Source of the DNA: Vicugna vicugna
Taxonomy: Eukaryota
DNA: 64,000 nucleotides
Direction of reading: 5' to 3'
Assembly: GCA_013265495.1 (NCBI GenBank)
Contig: MU058198.1
Span: 124,001 to 188,000, forward strand
Position numbers and translations under genes: made by a program. A model generated the notes under the pieces. It was given only the letters and a program-made list of their open reading frames with translations. It ran no database searches and was not told the origin of the DNA. Positions 51,001 to 64,000 of this stretch are shown here, piece after piece. Position 1 is the first letter of the stretch; each line of letters starts with the position of its first letter.

Positions 51001-52419
51001 AAAGAAGCATGCTATAGATATATAACTACGTTTCAACAGGGAGCAGAGGTAAGACCCTGCAGTTCTTTTCAAAAATTCATTTGTATCTTCCCCAAAGAAA
51101 ATTTCTTTACTTACCTGTCTATTTTCTTTCAGGGACATTTTCATAAACAGTAGTCTGAGTTAAGTAGCACTTTTTAAAAAAATTGAGATATATCTGATAT
51201 ATAACATTGTATACATTTAAGGTACACAATTTGTTGATTTGATACATTTATCTATTGCAATGTGATAGCCATGGTAGGGCTAACTAGCACCTCACATAAT
51301 TATCATTTCCTTTTAGTGGTTGGAATAAGTAAGATCTCGTCTCTTAGCAAGTTTGGTGATTATGATATATTGCTGTCTCTATTCATCCTGCTATGCATTC
51401 GATCTCTAGGATTTATTTACTTTTTGTTACAAGTTTGTTTAATCCTTAGACGAAAACAGCCCTAGAGATGTAGGAAAAAAACTACTATTTATTAAGTACC
51501 TACTATGTCTCAGGAATACCACAAACCTCTTTGTGTTTATTAGCTCATGTATTGGAGTAGAAAGCTCTGTTATCACTGAAACTGTGAATGTCTGCAATTT
51601 TTTTTGGAAAAAAAAATTTAAGCAAACTAAAGATAAAGCATCCTCACACAGAAAATGATGTAAACATTAAACAAGTATATATAGCTATAAATATATGTGG
51701 GTAATTGAGGCATAGAAACTTTCTGGACCTCGTGTGGTGGCCATTAAAATTCCTGTTGAGAGCGAGTGATTTAACACCACCACCAACAAAGTTTTAGCAA
51801 TTGCTTCCAAGGGTTTCTCCAGGCCTGTGAGGTCCCTCAGGGCTGCTGGGTGGTATGGCTAATTTTTGCCTGCTGGCAGAGACTTTAAGTATTGTATTTT
51901 TTGTTGTTTTGTTATATGTCAGACCCTAAATTACACAGCAAAATGAAGCCATGGATTAGGCCAGAGATTTTTTTTTTCTTTCTTCAAAATACTAAATGAA
52001 ACATTGGCCTTGAAAATGGCTATGTTTGTTCATTTAATGTTTTGGGACCTACTACTTGCCAGGCACGGGGTTTACAGTGGTGAACAAAACAGATACAATC
52101 CTCGCCCTCAGAGAGCTTCAGCACTGACCCAAGAAAGAGACGCTGCAAGTAAATATACAACCTCAAGCTGCGTGTTGAGACTTGCCTCTTTGTTGTACGT
52201 ATAACCCCAAGTTGTGTATGAGAGAAATTCAGTTAGAAGATAATTTGTATTGGAAGTCCGGGGAGAATGACTTCAGCTGGGCCCTAGAGGATGGGAGAAA
52301 AGGAGCTAGGCGAGGAGTTGGTGAGGAGAATAATATTTCACCTAGAAATGAAAGATCCTTGAGGTGGGAAAGATCTTGGCAACTTTGGAAAACTGAAAGA
52401 AGCATGGTATAGGAGAGAG

Positions 52420-52915
52420 GGTGTCTTGGGGTCCTCGGAGAAAGAGGACCAATAGTACATGTATATATATATATATATATGGAGTGAGCGAGAGAAAGAG
52501 AAGTTTATTATCAAGAATTGACTTATGAAATTATGAAGGCCGAGAGGTCCCACAATCTGCTAGAAGCCCAGGAAAGCCGGTGGTGTAGTTCCAGTCCAAC
52601 CCAAAGGCCTGAGAACCAGTAGTGCTAATGGTGTAAGTCCCAGCTGAAGGGCAGGAAAAGACCAATGCCCCAGCTTAAGAAGCCAGGCAGAGATCAAGAA
52701 TGCTCCCTTCCTCCATTTTTTGTTCTATGAAAGCCCTCAACTGATTAGATGAGGCCCACTCACAATGGTGAGGGCAACCTGCGTTCCTCAGACCACCTAT
52801 TCAAATGCTGATCTCTTCCAGAGACACCCTCAGAGACACAGCCAGAGTGATGGTTAACGAGGTACCCAGGCATCCCGTGGCCCAGTCCAGCTGACACTTA
52901 AAATGAACCGTCACA
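52420..52915 (-). mobile_element. MLT2-type (ERVL) solo LTR
   Basis: Internal (TA)n/(GA)n and terminal CTGACACTTAAAATGAACCGTCACA typical of MLT2. Confidence 0.75.
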
Positions 52916-54368
52916 GTGGCTGATGGCCAAAAGAGGCGAGAGAGGTGGGCAGGGATGTATGGTTTGTATTGTGTCAATGGTTCAGTTGGAAATATGTTTC
53001 CTAGAATCCTCCTCCCTGTCAGACTCGGCTGAAAGAGGCATGCTCAAGTGCAGCCGCCACCACTGAAAAGTCACTGTGGTCAGACAATGAGATGCCGAGA
53101 GGCCTGAGGTCTCCACCTGTCCTTGCTCTCCTCTGCTCCGCACCCAGCTCTGCACCATCAGATGCTTGGTGGTGGCACTGCATGGGGGCACGGCTTGCCC
53201 CAGGGTCTTCCTTTGGCTGTCCTATTTTGGTGGCCGGATGTGCTTGGCTGCCCAGGTGGACTGGCTGGTGCCTTCTCTGCTCCCGCAGCTCCCCTCCTGG
53301 ACTGTCCCTCCCCCCACCCCATAGCTCTGTAAGGTCTAATTCCTAGAATAAATCTCTCGTCTCATAATCCATAGTGTTTCTCTGTTGAACCCTGACTGAT
53401 GCCATGGACCAGACCACGAAGGCCAAGGTGAAGAACAAATAAAGTAATCAAAGGCCTCTGAGCCAGGTAGTGGCCTGTGTCTATGGGTGGGGCTCCCTTG
53501 ACTGCAGCCAGGGTTCAAGGCGCCTGGGACTCTAAACGAAGCAGAGCACTGTGCAGAGAAAAACTGCCGTCACACTATTTCCCAAATTTGCCCCACAGCT
53601 GGTTCCCTGTGCGTTTCTGCTTCACTGGCCAGGGGTCACTAGGGTACTGCTTCTCAGTCCGATCAAGAAGAGCGGTGTTGGCGCCTAACAAGTAGAAGGA
53701 TTAACGTGCAACAGGAGACTCCAGTCCTTTATGGCGGAGGTGTCTATATGCAGTAGCTTTAGGGTAGACGTAGGAACAGTTTAAATGAGGTGACTTTTGC
53801 ACCAAGAGCAGCTGGAAATCTGCCTTCCCGGAGGATGTATGGACAGCGCTCTGGGAGGAGTACATGAAACCGGCCAAAGGAGGCAGTAGTGGCTACAGTT
53901 CAGAACCAGCTGGGTGGCATCTGGTTGGGGGGAGCACAGAGCTTTAGGGCTTTAAAAATATACGGATGCTCCACTGCACACCATTTATATCTGATTTCTA
54001 GCGCTGAGGCCCAGACAGCTCTATGGGTTTTGGTATTTTTTAGACCAAAGTGATTCCCAAGGGTAGCCAGGGTGGAGAATCCATGCAACCAAGTGAAGAG
54101 GTTGCAAACAAGAGGACCTATGGACCGTATCTGATTCAAGACAGTGTCTTCTTTCAGAAATTTGAATTCACTGCTAAGACTGAAACAGGGAGATTGCAAA
54201 TACAAATCTAAATTACCAGCTTCTTTCCTTTGGAAACCTGGAAGGATTGGCAGTCCTGGGCCACAGTCCCCACTAACCCCTAATGTCTTGCCCAGCCTGT
54301 TTCACTCACTTTATTATTTCCCTGTCCACTGTAGATGTTGGATTTGGGGACCTCGCAGGTATTAAGAG

Positions 54369-54673
54369 CAGGGGGCCAGCAAACCATAGCCCTTGGGCCA
54401 AATTTGGATTGCTACCTGTTTTTGTATGGCCTGCAAGCTAAGGATGGCTTTTTACATTTTGAAATTGCAGAGGGAGAAAGTGAAAGAAGAACATTTCATG
54501 ACACACGAAGAATTAAATAAAGTTCAAATTTCAGTGCCCATACTGGAACACAGATCATGGCTGTATTTATTTGCTTGTGTGCTGAATGTGGCTGCTTTTG
54601 TGCTGCAACAGCAGACCATGTGGTTGGCAAAGCCTCAAATATTTACTTACTTATTTCAGAACAAGTTTGCTGA
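54369..54673. mobile_element. MER58-type hAT MITE
   Basis: CAGGGGGCCAGCAAAC ... GTTTGCTGA ends. Confidence 0.75.
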
Positions 54674-55657
54674 TTAAGAGAATAAGATTTAGAATCAAAG
54701 AAAGCTAGGTTTGAACCTGGATCTATTATTAGCTACTGGAGAGAATTTGGGCAAATTCCATCACCTCTCTGTAATGCGGAGAAGAAATCTTACCCTGCAG
54801 GGGACTGTGATGATGGAGATGAGGTGACTATGCACAGCCCACAGTCTCCTGTGGCATCTGTAAAACAAAACCAAAAAAAATGCTCATTGCTGTTCCCTTA
54901 AAGAGGTTACATTATTATGTCATTAAAGTCACTTTGCAACAATTCAAATTGAATTACCCTTCTGCATTACCTATCTTTCAAATGTGCAAGCTGCAAATAC
55001 AAGATCATTCTTTTACTCATGATTAATTTTTGGCTTTGTTATCATAGAAAAGTCTTGGAAATAATAACCCATTGAGCAGGAATCATAATTTAGTTTGTTT
55101 AGAAAGTGAAAAATCCTTATTGAGCAAAAACTGTATTTTCCAAGGCATCACTGTGAATTTTACTGTCAAAGTTTATTAATTATCCAGGAGCTAATATTGT
55201 TATTTTCCCCCCCAAAATAAATGTTTCTGTTTGATCAGTTTTGACTTGGCTATAAATGTTTATAATCAAATTAAATCTTCAGAGCTGTAAAATACACATA
55301 ACATTGACCATTTTAACCATTTAATTAATTTATTTATTTAACCGCTTTAAAGTGGACGATTGTGCAGCCTCGAGCACATTCACAATGTTGTGCAGCCATA
55401 ACCACTACCCAGTTCCAGGACTTTTTCATCAGCCCTAGAAGAAACCTGGTACCCATTAAGCAGTCACTCCCGATTCCCCTGACCCTAATCCCTGGAAACC
55501 ACTAATCTGCTTTCTCTCTCCATGAATTTGCCTGTTCTGGATATTTCATTTAAGTGGCATCACGCAGTACATGGCCTTGTGTGCCTGGCTGATGAGCATT
55601 CCTGTCCATATCCTTGTTTGAAAACCTGTCAAAGTTCTAGTATCAAGACCCTTGAAG

Positions 55658-55780
55658 GGGAGGGTACAGCTCAAGTGGTAGAGCGCGTGCTTAGCATGCA
55701 CAAGGTCCTGGGTTCAATCCCCAGTACCTCCTCTAAAAATAAACCTAATTACCACCCCCTCACTAAAAGACATTTTGAGA
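55658..55780 (+). mobile_element. tRNA-derived SINE (vic-1-like)
   Basis: Near-consensus head with CpGs retained. Confidence 0.85.
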
Positions 55781-55966
55781 CAGTGCTAAGTGTCTGAAAA
55801 AAAACAACATAAAACAAACAAATGAGATGATAGGAGAGTGAAAGGACTGAGGCCGGGACAAAAGGGTCATAATAATGCATCTGTTTGCTTGCACAATACC
55901 TGGCTGACCTCTGTGAGTGCAAGGGCCGTGAGAGCCAGGCCTGCAGGTGTGTTTACTGCTGCACCT

Positions 55967-56530
55967 TGAGAGACTGAATATACAAACAGACAATGCCCAG
56001 ACCGGGTATAAAAATAGAACTCTGACTCACAATCCGCAGATCTGCAGCAACCAACCCAAGAAACCACCCGTCGTCTCCAGGAACTGGTCCAGGAAGCCCG
56101 CCTGCTATCTCTAAGCCAGGCTTGGAGGAAGTCAGACCACTATCTCCAGCCACCAGCCCAGGAAGCCAAATAATAACCCCTGTAACAACTGGCCCCAGAC
56201 GGCCAAGACTCGATTAGTTACTGACGGTTTCCCTAACTTTTGTCCCCTCTTCTAACTAGAGGGACCAATAGAGAAAGTCGTCAAACATGCAGCCCTAGCC
56301 AATCACACAGGATGCCCTGCCTCTGGTTAGCCTGCTTCCAACGTCCCCAGGCCAACAGTCTCCAATCAGGCACATCTGGCCCCTTCCTGCCACCCTCCTC
56401 TTTTAACGTAAGCTTTCCCACTCCTCTGCCTGCCGTTGAGTCTCTGCCAAAATGCAAAGGGTGTTGGGTGACTCCCTTGCCATAGCAAGCTCTGAATAAA
56501 TAGCTTCTTTATGTTCTCCTTTGGATTGTC
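55967..56530 (+). mobile_element. ERV1 solo LTR, MER31-like
   Basis: Repeated CCAGGAAGCC / CTATCTC motifs, several CCAAT boxes, AATAAA at ~56495. Confidence 0.65.
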
Positions 56531-57794
56531 TTTGTCTAGTTCCACAACCTCCATCCCCTGGACAGGGACTGGCACAGAGGGTATCTGGTCACTACCTGTT
56601 GATGGTGTGAGCACACATTGCAGAGGAAGGGCCTCTGTGGTCCTTTTGCAGTCCCCTGCTGGGGCATTCAGGTGGGCTCTCTGGTCTTCTCTCAGCCCCA
56701 TCCTCTCCTTTGAACTCCAGACTTGCCCACATAGTGGCCAACCCACCATCTCTGCCTGGACATCACAGCTTCCTGGGGCTCAATGTGTCCCAGACCTGCT
56801 GGCCAAGTCCTTCCTTCCTCCCATAGCTTTTCACCTGGTTTCATCGCCCAGGATCTCCCCAGTGCCCCTGGAACATGGGAGTCAGTCTACCTTCTCCCTC
56901 ACTCTACCAACCTGTAATCCATCAGTAAGTCCCCTTGGTTCTCCTCCAGGTGCCCGATGAATCCACCCCTTGGTCTGGCTCCGTTCCTAGGTCAGGCTCT
57001 CATTGTGGCAACAGCCCAGAACTGGTCTAGCTGCCTGCAGTCTGATCTCCTCCAAAACAGCCAGGGACACTCCCCCAAACAACCCATTTCTGTGCAGGAG
57101 ACATCCTTGCAGAGCAGCCTCAGTCACCATCAGGTCAGAATCTAAACCTAAGAGAAGAGATGTTCTGGAGCCGCCCAGACCTGGTCCCTGCCCACCTTCC
57201 TAGCTTTAACTCCCACACAGCTTACATTCTACCCAAGGGCACACGAGGCCATGGTGCTCTCCACCCTTCCCGCTGACCCCCACCACATAGCTTCTACCAA
57301 GCATTCCTCCTTCCCTCCCTCCTTTTGCTTAGTTGCAGGTAGCACCTCCACTTCAAGCCTCAGGGAGTCACTGCCTTGAGGGTGAAGCCTCTTCCTGGCT
57401 GCACCTGATCGGTTGTTCTGGGCTCATTACACTAGGATGAGATGTGCTGGTCAGTCCCCTTCTTCCTCTCCGTTGTGTAAATTTCTTGAAGGCTGGAATT
57501 TTCGTTTTTAACCTTTGTTGTCTCAGAACCAAATGCAATGCCTGGCACTTACCAGGTATCAAAACATCAATATTTGTTGAGCAAATAAATGTTTGCAAAA
57601 GAATGGAGCTACAGCAGGACTGGATTACCAAACCCAGTTTAGGGATGGTAGCAAATGGGTACTCCCCCCAAATTATTTGGAAAGAATTTGGTATATGATA
57701 GTTGAGTAAAAGCCATGAAACCATCATTCTGAGAAAACAGAGGAAATGAGAACTTTGCCGGACTTCCTTACATTCCTCTTGCTGTCTAGGGTTC

Positions 57795-58108
57795 TTTTTT
57801 CCTTTTTTTCCATTTTACTTAATTTTTTCTTCCAGCTTTATTGAGATATAATTGACACACAGCACTGTACAAGTTTAAGGTGTACAGAGAGTGATCTGAC
57901 CTACACACATCATGAAATTATTATCACTGTAAGTTTAGTGAATATCTGTCATCTCATACAGACACAAAATTAAAGAAATAGAAAAAAGGTATTTTTTTTT
58001 CCGTGTGATGAAAACTCTTAGGGTTTACCCTCAATAACGCTCATGTGTACACCAGTGTTAATTATATTTATCACATTGTATGTGAAATCCTTAGTACTTA
58101 TCTTATAA
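57795..58108 (-). mobile_element. LINE-1 3' end
   Basis: TTTATTGAGATATAATTGACACACAGCACTGTACAAGTTTAAGGTGTACA motif preceded by a T-rich tail. Confidence 0.8.
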
Positions 58109-60509
58109 CTGCCTAAGCTTCTGTTTTCTATTATGTTCTCCATTTCATTTGTAATAACTGACATGTGAAACTTACTTCTGAATAAATTTTTGGAATACGG
58201 AGGATATGAAAATTATATAATTTGTTGTTAGCTTTTTCAATTAGGATCCACAGGAGAGATCTCTTTCATAGTTCTTCCCTTCTTTCCAAACACAGTCTTA
58301 ACATCTATTGAACAAATGTATGTTTTTTAAATCTCATATGTCCCTCTTGGTCTAGCTTCCATGAAGCTCAGCGTTCAATCTGTGGCCCATATTTTATAAT
58401 TACGCAGCAGCCCACTGCACACATTTCTAAATACTAGCTTCTCAGATTATTTACCCTTTATTTTTCATTGTGATTTCTTTACCTTTATTTTTCGCACTTA
58501 ACTATCATATGCTTTTTGTCATTTTTTTTCTTTTATTACCAGACTTCATTTTCTAGAGAAGTTTTATGGAAACAGCAGGTATATAGAAAAGCGAGCAGAA
58601 AGTAGAGAGAATTCCCACGTACTCCCTTCTCTCCTTAAGTTTCCCTTCTTATTAACACCTGACACTGGTGTAGTGCACTTGTTGTAATTGACGTCTCAAT
58701 AGAAATGCTTGGTTATTAACTAAAGTTCACAGCTTATGTTCAGGTTCACTCTTTGAGCTGTATAGTTCTGTGGGTTTTGACAAATGCATAATATCATGCA
58801 TTCATTTCAGTGTCATTCAGAAGAGTTTCATCATCCCCCCAAATCCCCAGTGCTTCACTCATCCATGCCTCTGCACCGCCCTCTCCCCACTTAGCTGTCA
58901 ATTTTGCTTCTATGTTGAATTACATAAGAAAAAGGATAGAGAGGAATCATAATCATTTTATCCTGTCATCTTATTGTGGAAACTTTCAAACATCCCTCAA
59001 GGTGGAATAAATGATACAATGAGCACCAGTATGTATACCTTCCACCTGGATTCAGCAATCATGAACATTTTGCCATTTTTGCTCTCTATTATTTATTTAT
59101 TTTCTTTCATAACTTTTTTTTTTTTCTGAACCGTTTGCAAGTAACTTGCAGACACTGTGGACAGTTGACCTCTGAATACCTCAGCATGCATCTGGTAGAA
59201 ATAAAGGCATTCTCCTGTACAATCTTGAAGCCATTATCACAGCTAAGGAAAGTCACTGTAATTCTATGCTGTCGTCTAATGTCCAGTCCACATTTAAAGT
59301 TTCCCAGTTGTCCTCAGAATGCCTTTTATGACTGCTTCATTTTCTCAACCAGGATGACCCTGAAAGTCAGGTTTGGCCTGTATTGTTGTCTCTTTAGTCT
59401 CTTTTTCCTCAGAACATTCCACTCATCTCTCTCCACCTTTTTTTTTTTTTGACATTGACTTTAAACAATTGTATAAAATATACATGGCATGCAGTTCTCC
59501 ATCTTCACCATTTTTAAGGGCACAGTTCATGATCTTACATGAAGAAAACCCTAAAGACACCACAAAAATACTATTAGAATTAATAGACCAATTCAGCTGC
59601 ATAGAATTAATAGACCGATTCAGTTGCAGTTCAGTAAAGTTGCAAAAAACCAGTAGCATCTCTTTACACTAACAATGAACTTTCTGAAATGGATGACAAC
59701 TTTCAGGTTGTCCTGAAAAATATCCCATCTTCTGAATTTGTCTACTTGCTTCCTCCTGGTAGTAACTCCCTCCACCTTGTTCTTCTGGCAAACTGGACGT
59801 TCTAGAGGCTTGATGTGATTGAGGCTAATTGTTTTTGGACAAGAACCCTTCAGAGGTGTTGTGTCTGTCTGAGTGCATCACCTCAGGAGGACACACAGAC
59901 GCTGTAATGTTTCCAGGATTTAAGTCTTCTGAAGGACTTAAGGCAGCCTTGAGTTGAATGATCTCTCTCTCTGTTTCTCTGGTCCCACACAAGGGTCTTC
60001 AAATTGGTGTCTCTACATTCTCTATAGTTATCTCCAGCAAACTTCACGCTGAATTTTCTCCTAGCCGCTGTGTCCTGCCTTCAAAACCAACACTAATCTT
60101 CAGCACCCAAGGATGGAAAGAAAATATTCAAGTAAATGAGCTGCAATGCTCTCCCCTACCCCACCCTCCTCTCCCATATTCAGAAGACTGCTTTAATCTC
60201 GAGATGTGTTTTTATCCTCTACTTTTTGATCACGAAATGAATATGAATTTCTTTGCTTTGATTTTATCACTTTAGTGCATTTTCCTTCCAAAGATGTCGA
60301 AGTAGACAATTTCAGAATAGTTCAAAGAGCCATCTTAAGATCTGACCCCAGTTTCAATCATTATCTCTGGCTCATTAATCAGAAATATAGAAGTCGGAAA
60401 ACGCTCAGACACTTCGGCAGAAGTTTGCAAAGGTTGGAGGAGGGGGACGGTAATAATGATTATAAAAATAGCTACTATTTACCGAACACCTGCCATATGC
60501 CTGGCTGCA

Positions 60510-61880
60510 TGGGGTTTTTTCCCAACACATTTTCTGATTCTCAACATCAACTGGCTGTCCAACAATTGAATTCAGTTCTAACCCTACCTGCAGTTAGAGT
60601 CAGATCCCAGAAGTTAAAGGGTTCCAGTGCCACAAGACTATCCCCACTTCAGATGCCAGTCACAAGCCCTGGGCTACACATACTTCTGACCAACAGGCTA
60701 CAAATATGGGGGTTCTCACAACTCCCTCCTCAAGTTCAATAATTTGCTAGAATGCATCAGAACTCCACTTACATTCACCAATTTACCATAAAAGATAAAA
60801 CTCAGGAACAGACATGAAAGAGAGGCACAGGCAAGTTTTGAGCTTCCACGGCCTCCCTGGGGGAGTTACCTCCGAGCCAACCCAGAAACTCATGGGACCT
60901 CAATCTTGTTGTAAAAGAGTTTTTATACACTGCTCATCTCCAGTCCGCCCCCCATCCCCGGAGGTCAGTAAGTGGGCCTGAAAGTTCTCACCCTCTAAAC
61001 ACATATCATCAGCCCTCAGTATCAACGAGTTCTGCTAGCTTGGATTCGACCAACTGTGGGTAAAAAGTATTTTTAAAAGAAAATGTTGCTGAGTCCAAAC
61101 TCGTTCTGCTCTCTGCATGACAAGCCAATAAATCGGGAGATGAGGTGTTGAGGCAAGGAATAGTGACTTTATTTAGAAAGCCGGCAGACCGAGAGGATGG
61201 CAGACTGATGTCTTGGAGAACCATCCTGCTCTAGTCAGAACACAGGCTCCTTTTCTACAAAAAACAAGGGAGGGGGTGTGGTTGGTTGTTGCAAACTTCT
61301 TGCTGCAGGCATTCTTTGTTCTTGCAGCTGTCCACGTGGGCCAGGTCTTGGTGTCCCTGTAAACAAAGGTTATTCTCTAGTCTCTATTACAAAAATTCTG
61401 GAAAGTTCCAAAAAGCAAAACTTGAATTTGCTATGCTCTGACAGCTGTTTACATATCATTTACATTGTATTTACAACTGTTTATATACTATTTACATTGT
61501 ATTAGGTGTTCTAAGTAATCTAGAGATGATTTAAAGTATGCGGGAGGATGTGCATAGGTTACATGCAAATACTACATCATTTTACATAAGGGACTTGAGC
61601 ATCTGCAAATTTTGGTATCTGAGGGGGTCCTGGAACCCACCCCCAAGGATTCCGTGGGATGACTGTATTTGGTCTTTCAGGTAACCAGCCCCCTCCTGAG
61701 ACTATCTAAAGGCTCCATCCTAAATAATTTCATTAGCATAAACTCAGATGCAAGGAAGCGGGCTTGTTAACAAATAACAAAAGACACTCCTATCACTCAG
61801 GAGATTCCAAGGATTTTAGGAGCTCTGTACTAGGAACCCAGGGCAAAGATCCGATATATTTCTTATTATGTCACACTATA
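60510..61880 (-). mobile_element. MER21-like LTR interrupted by a MER2/Tigger element (~61005-61667), itself interrupted by a younger LTR piece (~61084-61390)
   Basis: Tigger-like ends CAGCCCTCAGTATC ... GATTCCGTGGGATGACTGTA; LTR sequence resumes on both sides. Confidence 0.6.
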
Positions 61881-62159
61881 CCTGTTTTCTGATTATCTAC
61901 TTCTGTGTCAGAGACTGGGTAAAGGGCTGGAGGTAGAGTGGGCAGTGTGGGGGACAAGAAAGACATGGGTCCCACCTTCACTGAGCTTGTAGTTTGGTGA
62001 AGGAGACAGATAACTAAATAGGCAATCACAATTCAAGTTTATAAGTGGTCTGAAGGAGGCTTAAGAGGAGTGTTGGAGTGCAGAGGAAGGTACAGAATAG
62101 GGAGGGTGGAGGTAAGGGTAAGGCAGAACACTTAACACTACACTGATTCTGAAAAGGAA

Positions 62160-64000
62160 TTCCATGTGCAGAAGAATGAAGTTGGATCCTTATTTAATAT
62201 CATGTCAAAATTAACACAAAATGGATGAAAGATTTAAACGTAAGAGCTAAAATTATAACTCTTAGAAGGAAACATAGGACAAAAGCTTCATGATATTGAA
62301 TTTGGCAACAGTTTCTTGGCTATGACACCAACAATGCACAGGCACCAAAAGAAAACACAGACATATTGGACTTCATGAAAATTTAAATTTTTTGTGTGTC
62401 GAAAGGCACTAGCAACAGAGTGAAAAGGTAACTCACAGAATGGGAGAAGATATTTGCAAACCATATACCTAATAAGGGATTAACATCCAGAATATATAGA
62501 GAACTCCTAAAACTCAACAGCAAAACCACCAAATCAAAAATGGACAAAGGACTTGAATAGACATTTCTCCAAAGAAGATATACAAACGGCCAATGAGGAC
62601 ATAAAAAGATGCTCAGCATCACTAATCATTAGGAAAATGCAAATTGAACCTCAATAAGATGCCCCCTCTTTACAGTGGCTATTATCAAAAAGCTAACGAA
62701 CAAACGAAAACAGAAAATAACAAGTGACGGTGGGGATGTAGAGAAATTGTTACACTTATGCATTGATGGTGGAAATGTAAAATGGTGCAGCCACTATGCA
62801 GAACAGTATGGTGGTTCCTCAAAAAAATTAAATATAGAATTACCGTATGAGCCAGAAATTCCACTTCTGAAATTCTGAATTTCAGTTCTTTCATAGAATT
62901 GAAAGCAAGGTCTCTAAGAGATATCTGTACACCTATGTTCATAGAAGTATTATTCACAATTGCTAAAATGTGGATGCAGCCCAAGGGTCTATCCATGGAT
63001 GAAAGGAAAAATACAATGTGGCGTATGCATACAGTGGAACATTATTCAGCCTTGAAAAGGAAGGAGATTCTGACACTTATTACAATATGGTTGAACCTTG
63101 AATTCAATATGCTAAATGAAATGTCAGACTCACACACACACACACACACATACACACAAATACTGTATGATTCCACTAATATGAGGTACCTAGAGTCATC
63201 AAAATCATAGAGACAAATATAAATTGGTGGTTGCCAGGGGTTGGGAGGAGGAAAGTGGGAAGTTGTTTATGGGCTGTGGAGTTACGTTTTGCAAGAAGAA
63301 AATGTCTATGGATGGATGGTGGTGATGGTTGCAGAACAATATAAATGCACTTAATACCATTGAACTACACACTTAACATGGTTAAAATGATAAAGTTTAT
63401 GTTATACATATTTTATGAAAATTAAAAATAAAAGACAATAACATGTGTTGGTGAGGATACAGAGAAACTGAAACCCAAAACTCCGCTGGTGGGATTGTAG
63501 AATGGTGCAGTTAGTTTAGAAATAGTCTGGCAGTTCTTCAAAAGGTCAAACATAGAGTTACCATGTGATCCAGAAACTTGACTTGTAGATATATGCCCAA
63601 GAGGAATGAAAACATATTCCTCCATAAAACCTCGTACCCAAGTGTTCACTCTAGCATTATTCGTAATAACCAAAATGCGGAAACAATTCCAATGTCCATT
63701 AACTGATGACTGAATACACAGAATGTGACACATCCATACAATGGAATATCACGCATCCATAATAATGAATGAACTACTGATTTATACTCCAACATGGATG
63801 AACCCAGAAAAAATTATGCTAAGGGTCAGACATCAGACACAAAAGGCCACAGAATATGTGATTCCAAGTTTGTGACATGCCTACAATAGGCATATCTATA
63901 GAGACCGAAAATAGATTAGAAGCTGACCGGGGCTAAGGGGAGGGGTGATGGATGGGGAATGACTGCTCATAGGAATGATGTCTGTTTCGGGGGTAATGAA
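62160..64000 (+). mobile_element. LINE-1 (L1M) ORF2 3' part and 3' UTR, two consecutive fragments (break ~63430)
   Basis: Decayed ORF2 peptides such as RDICTPMFIEVLFTIAKMW. Confidence 0.9.

Noticed and set aside
15508..55780. tRNA-like sequences with A and B boxes
   Set aside because: They have A-rich tails and TSDs and occur as diverged copies, so they are SINEs rather than tRNA genes.
34000..64000. Exons of a neighbouring gene such as CLEC19A, SYT17 or TMC7
   Set aside because: No recognisable peptide or exon chain found; the ORFs here fall in L1, L2 or LTR remnants or look random.

Overview
Mammalian genomic DNA, most likely camelid (about 8 copies of a tRNA-derived vic-1-like SINE). The left half holds the 5' part of SMG1, the PIKK-family NMD kinase, on the minus strand. 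Coding exons 1-10 map with GT-AG boundaries and consistent phases from the ATG at 32823 to position 115, and the gene continues past the left edge. Intron 1 is about 22.4 kb. The CpG-island promoter has a ZNF143/Staf site and three GC boxes. The right half is repeat-rich intergenic DNA with a SPIRE2 processed-pseudogene fragment and an unidentified retrocopy-like insert. Most striking is a perfect 65-bp tandem duplication across the exon 3 acceptor, which turns the original acceptor into a premature-stop (NMD-triggering) route in the NMD kinase gene itself; an assembly artefact must be excluded. There are also several phase-compatible candidate N-terminal switches: a uATG with a TAATG stop-start and its own donor, a 15-nt microexon, and a 59-nt exon with a TGATG stop-restart. 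Gene and repeat names come from recalled sequences, not from searches; repeat subfamily names and edges are approximate.
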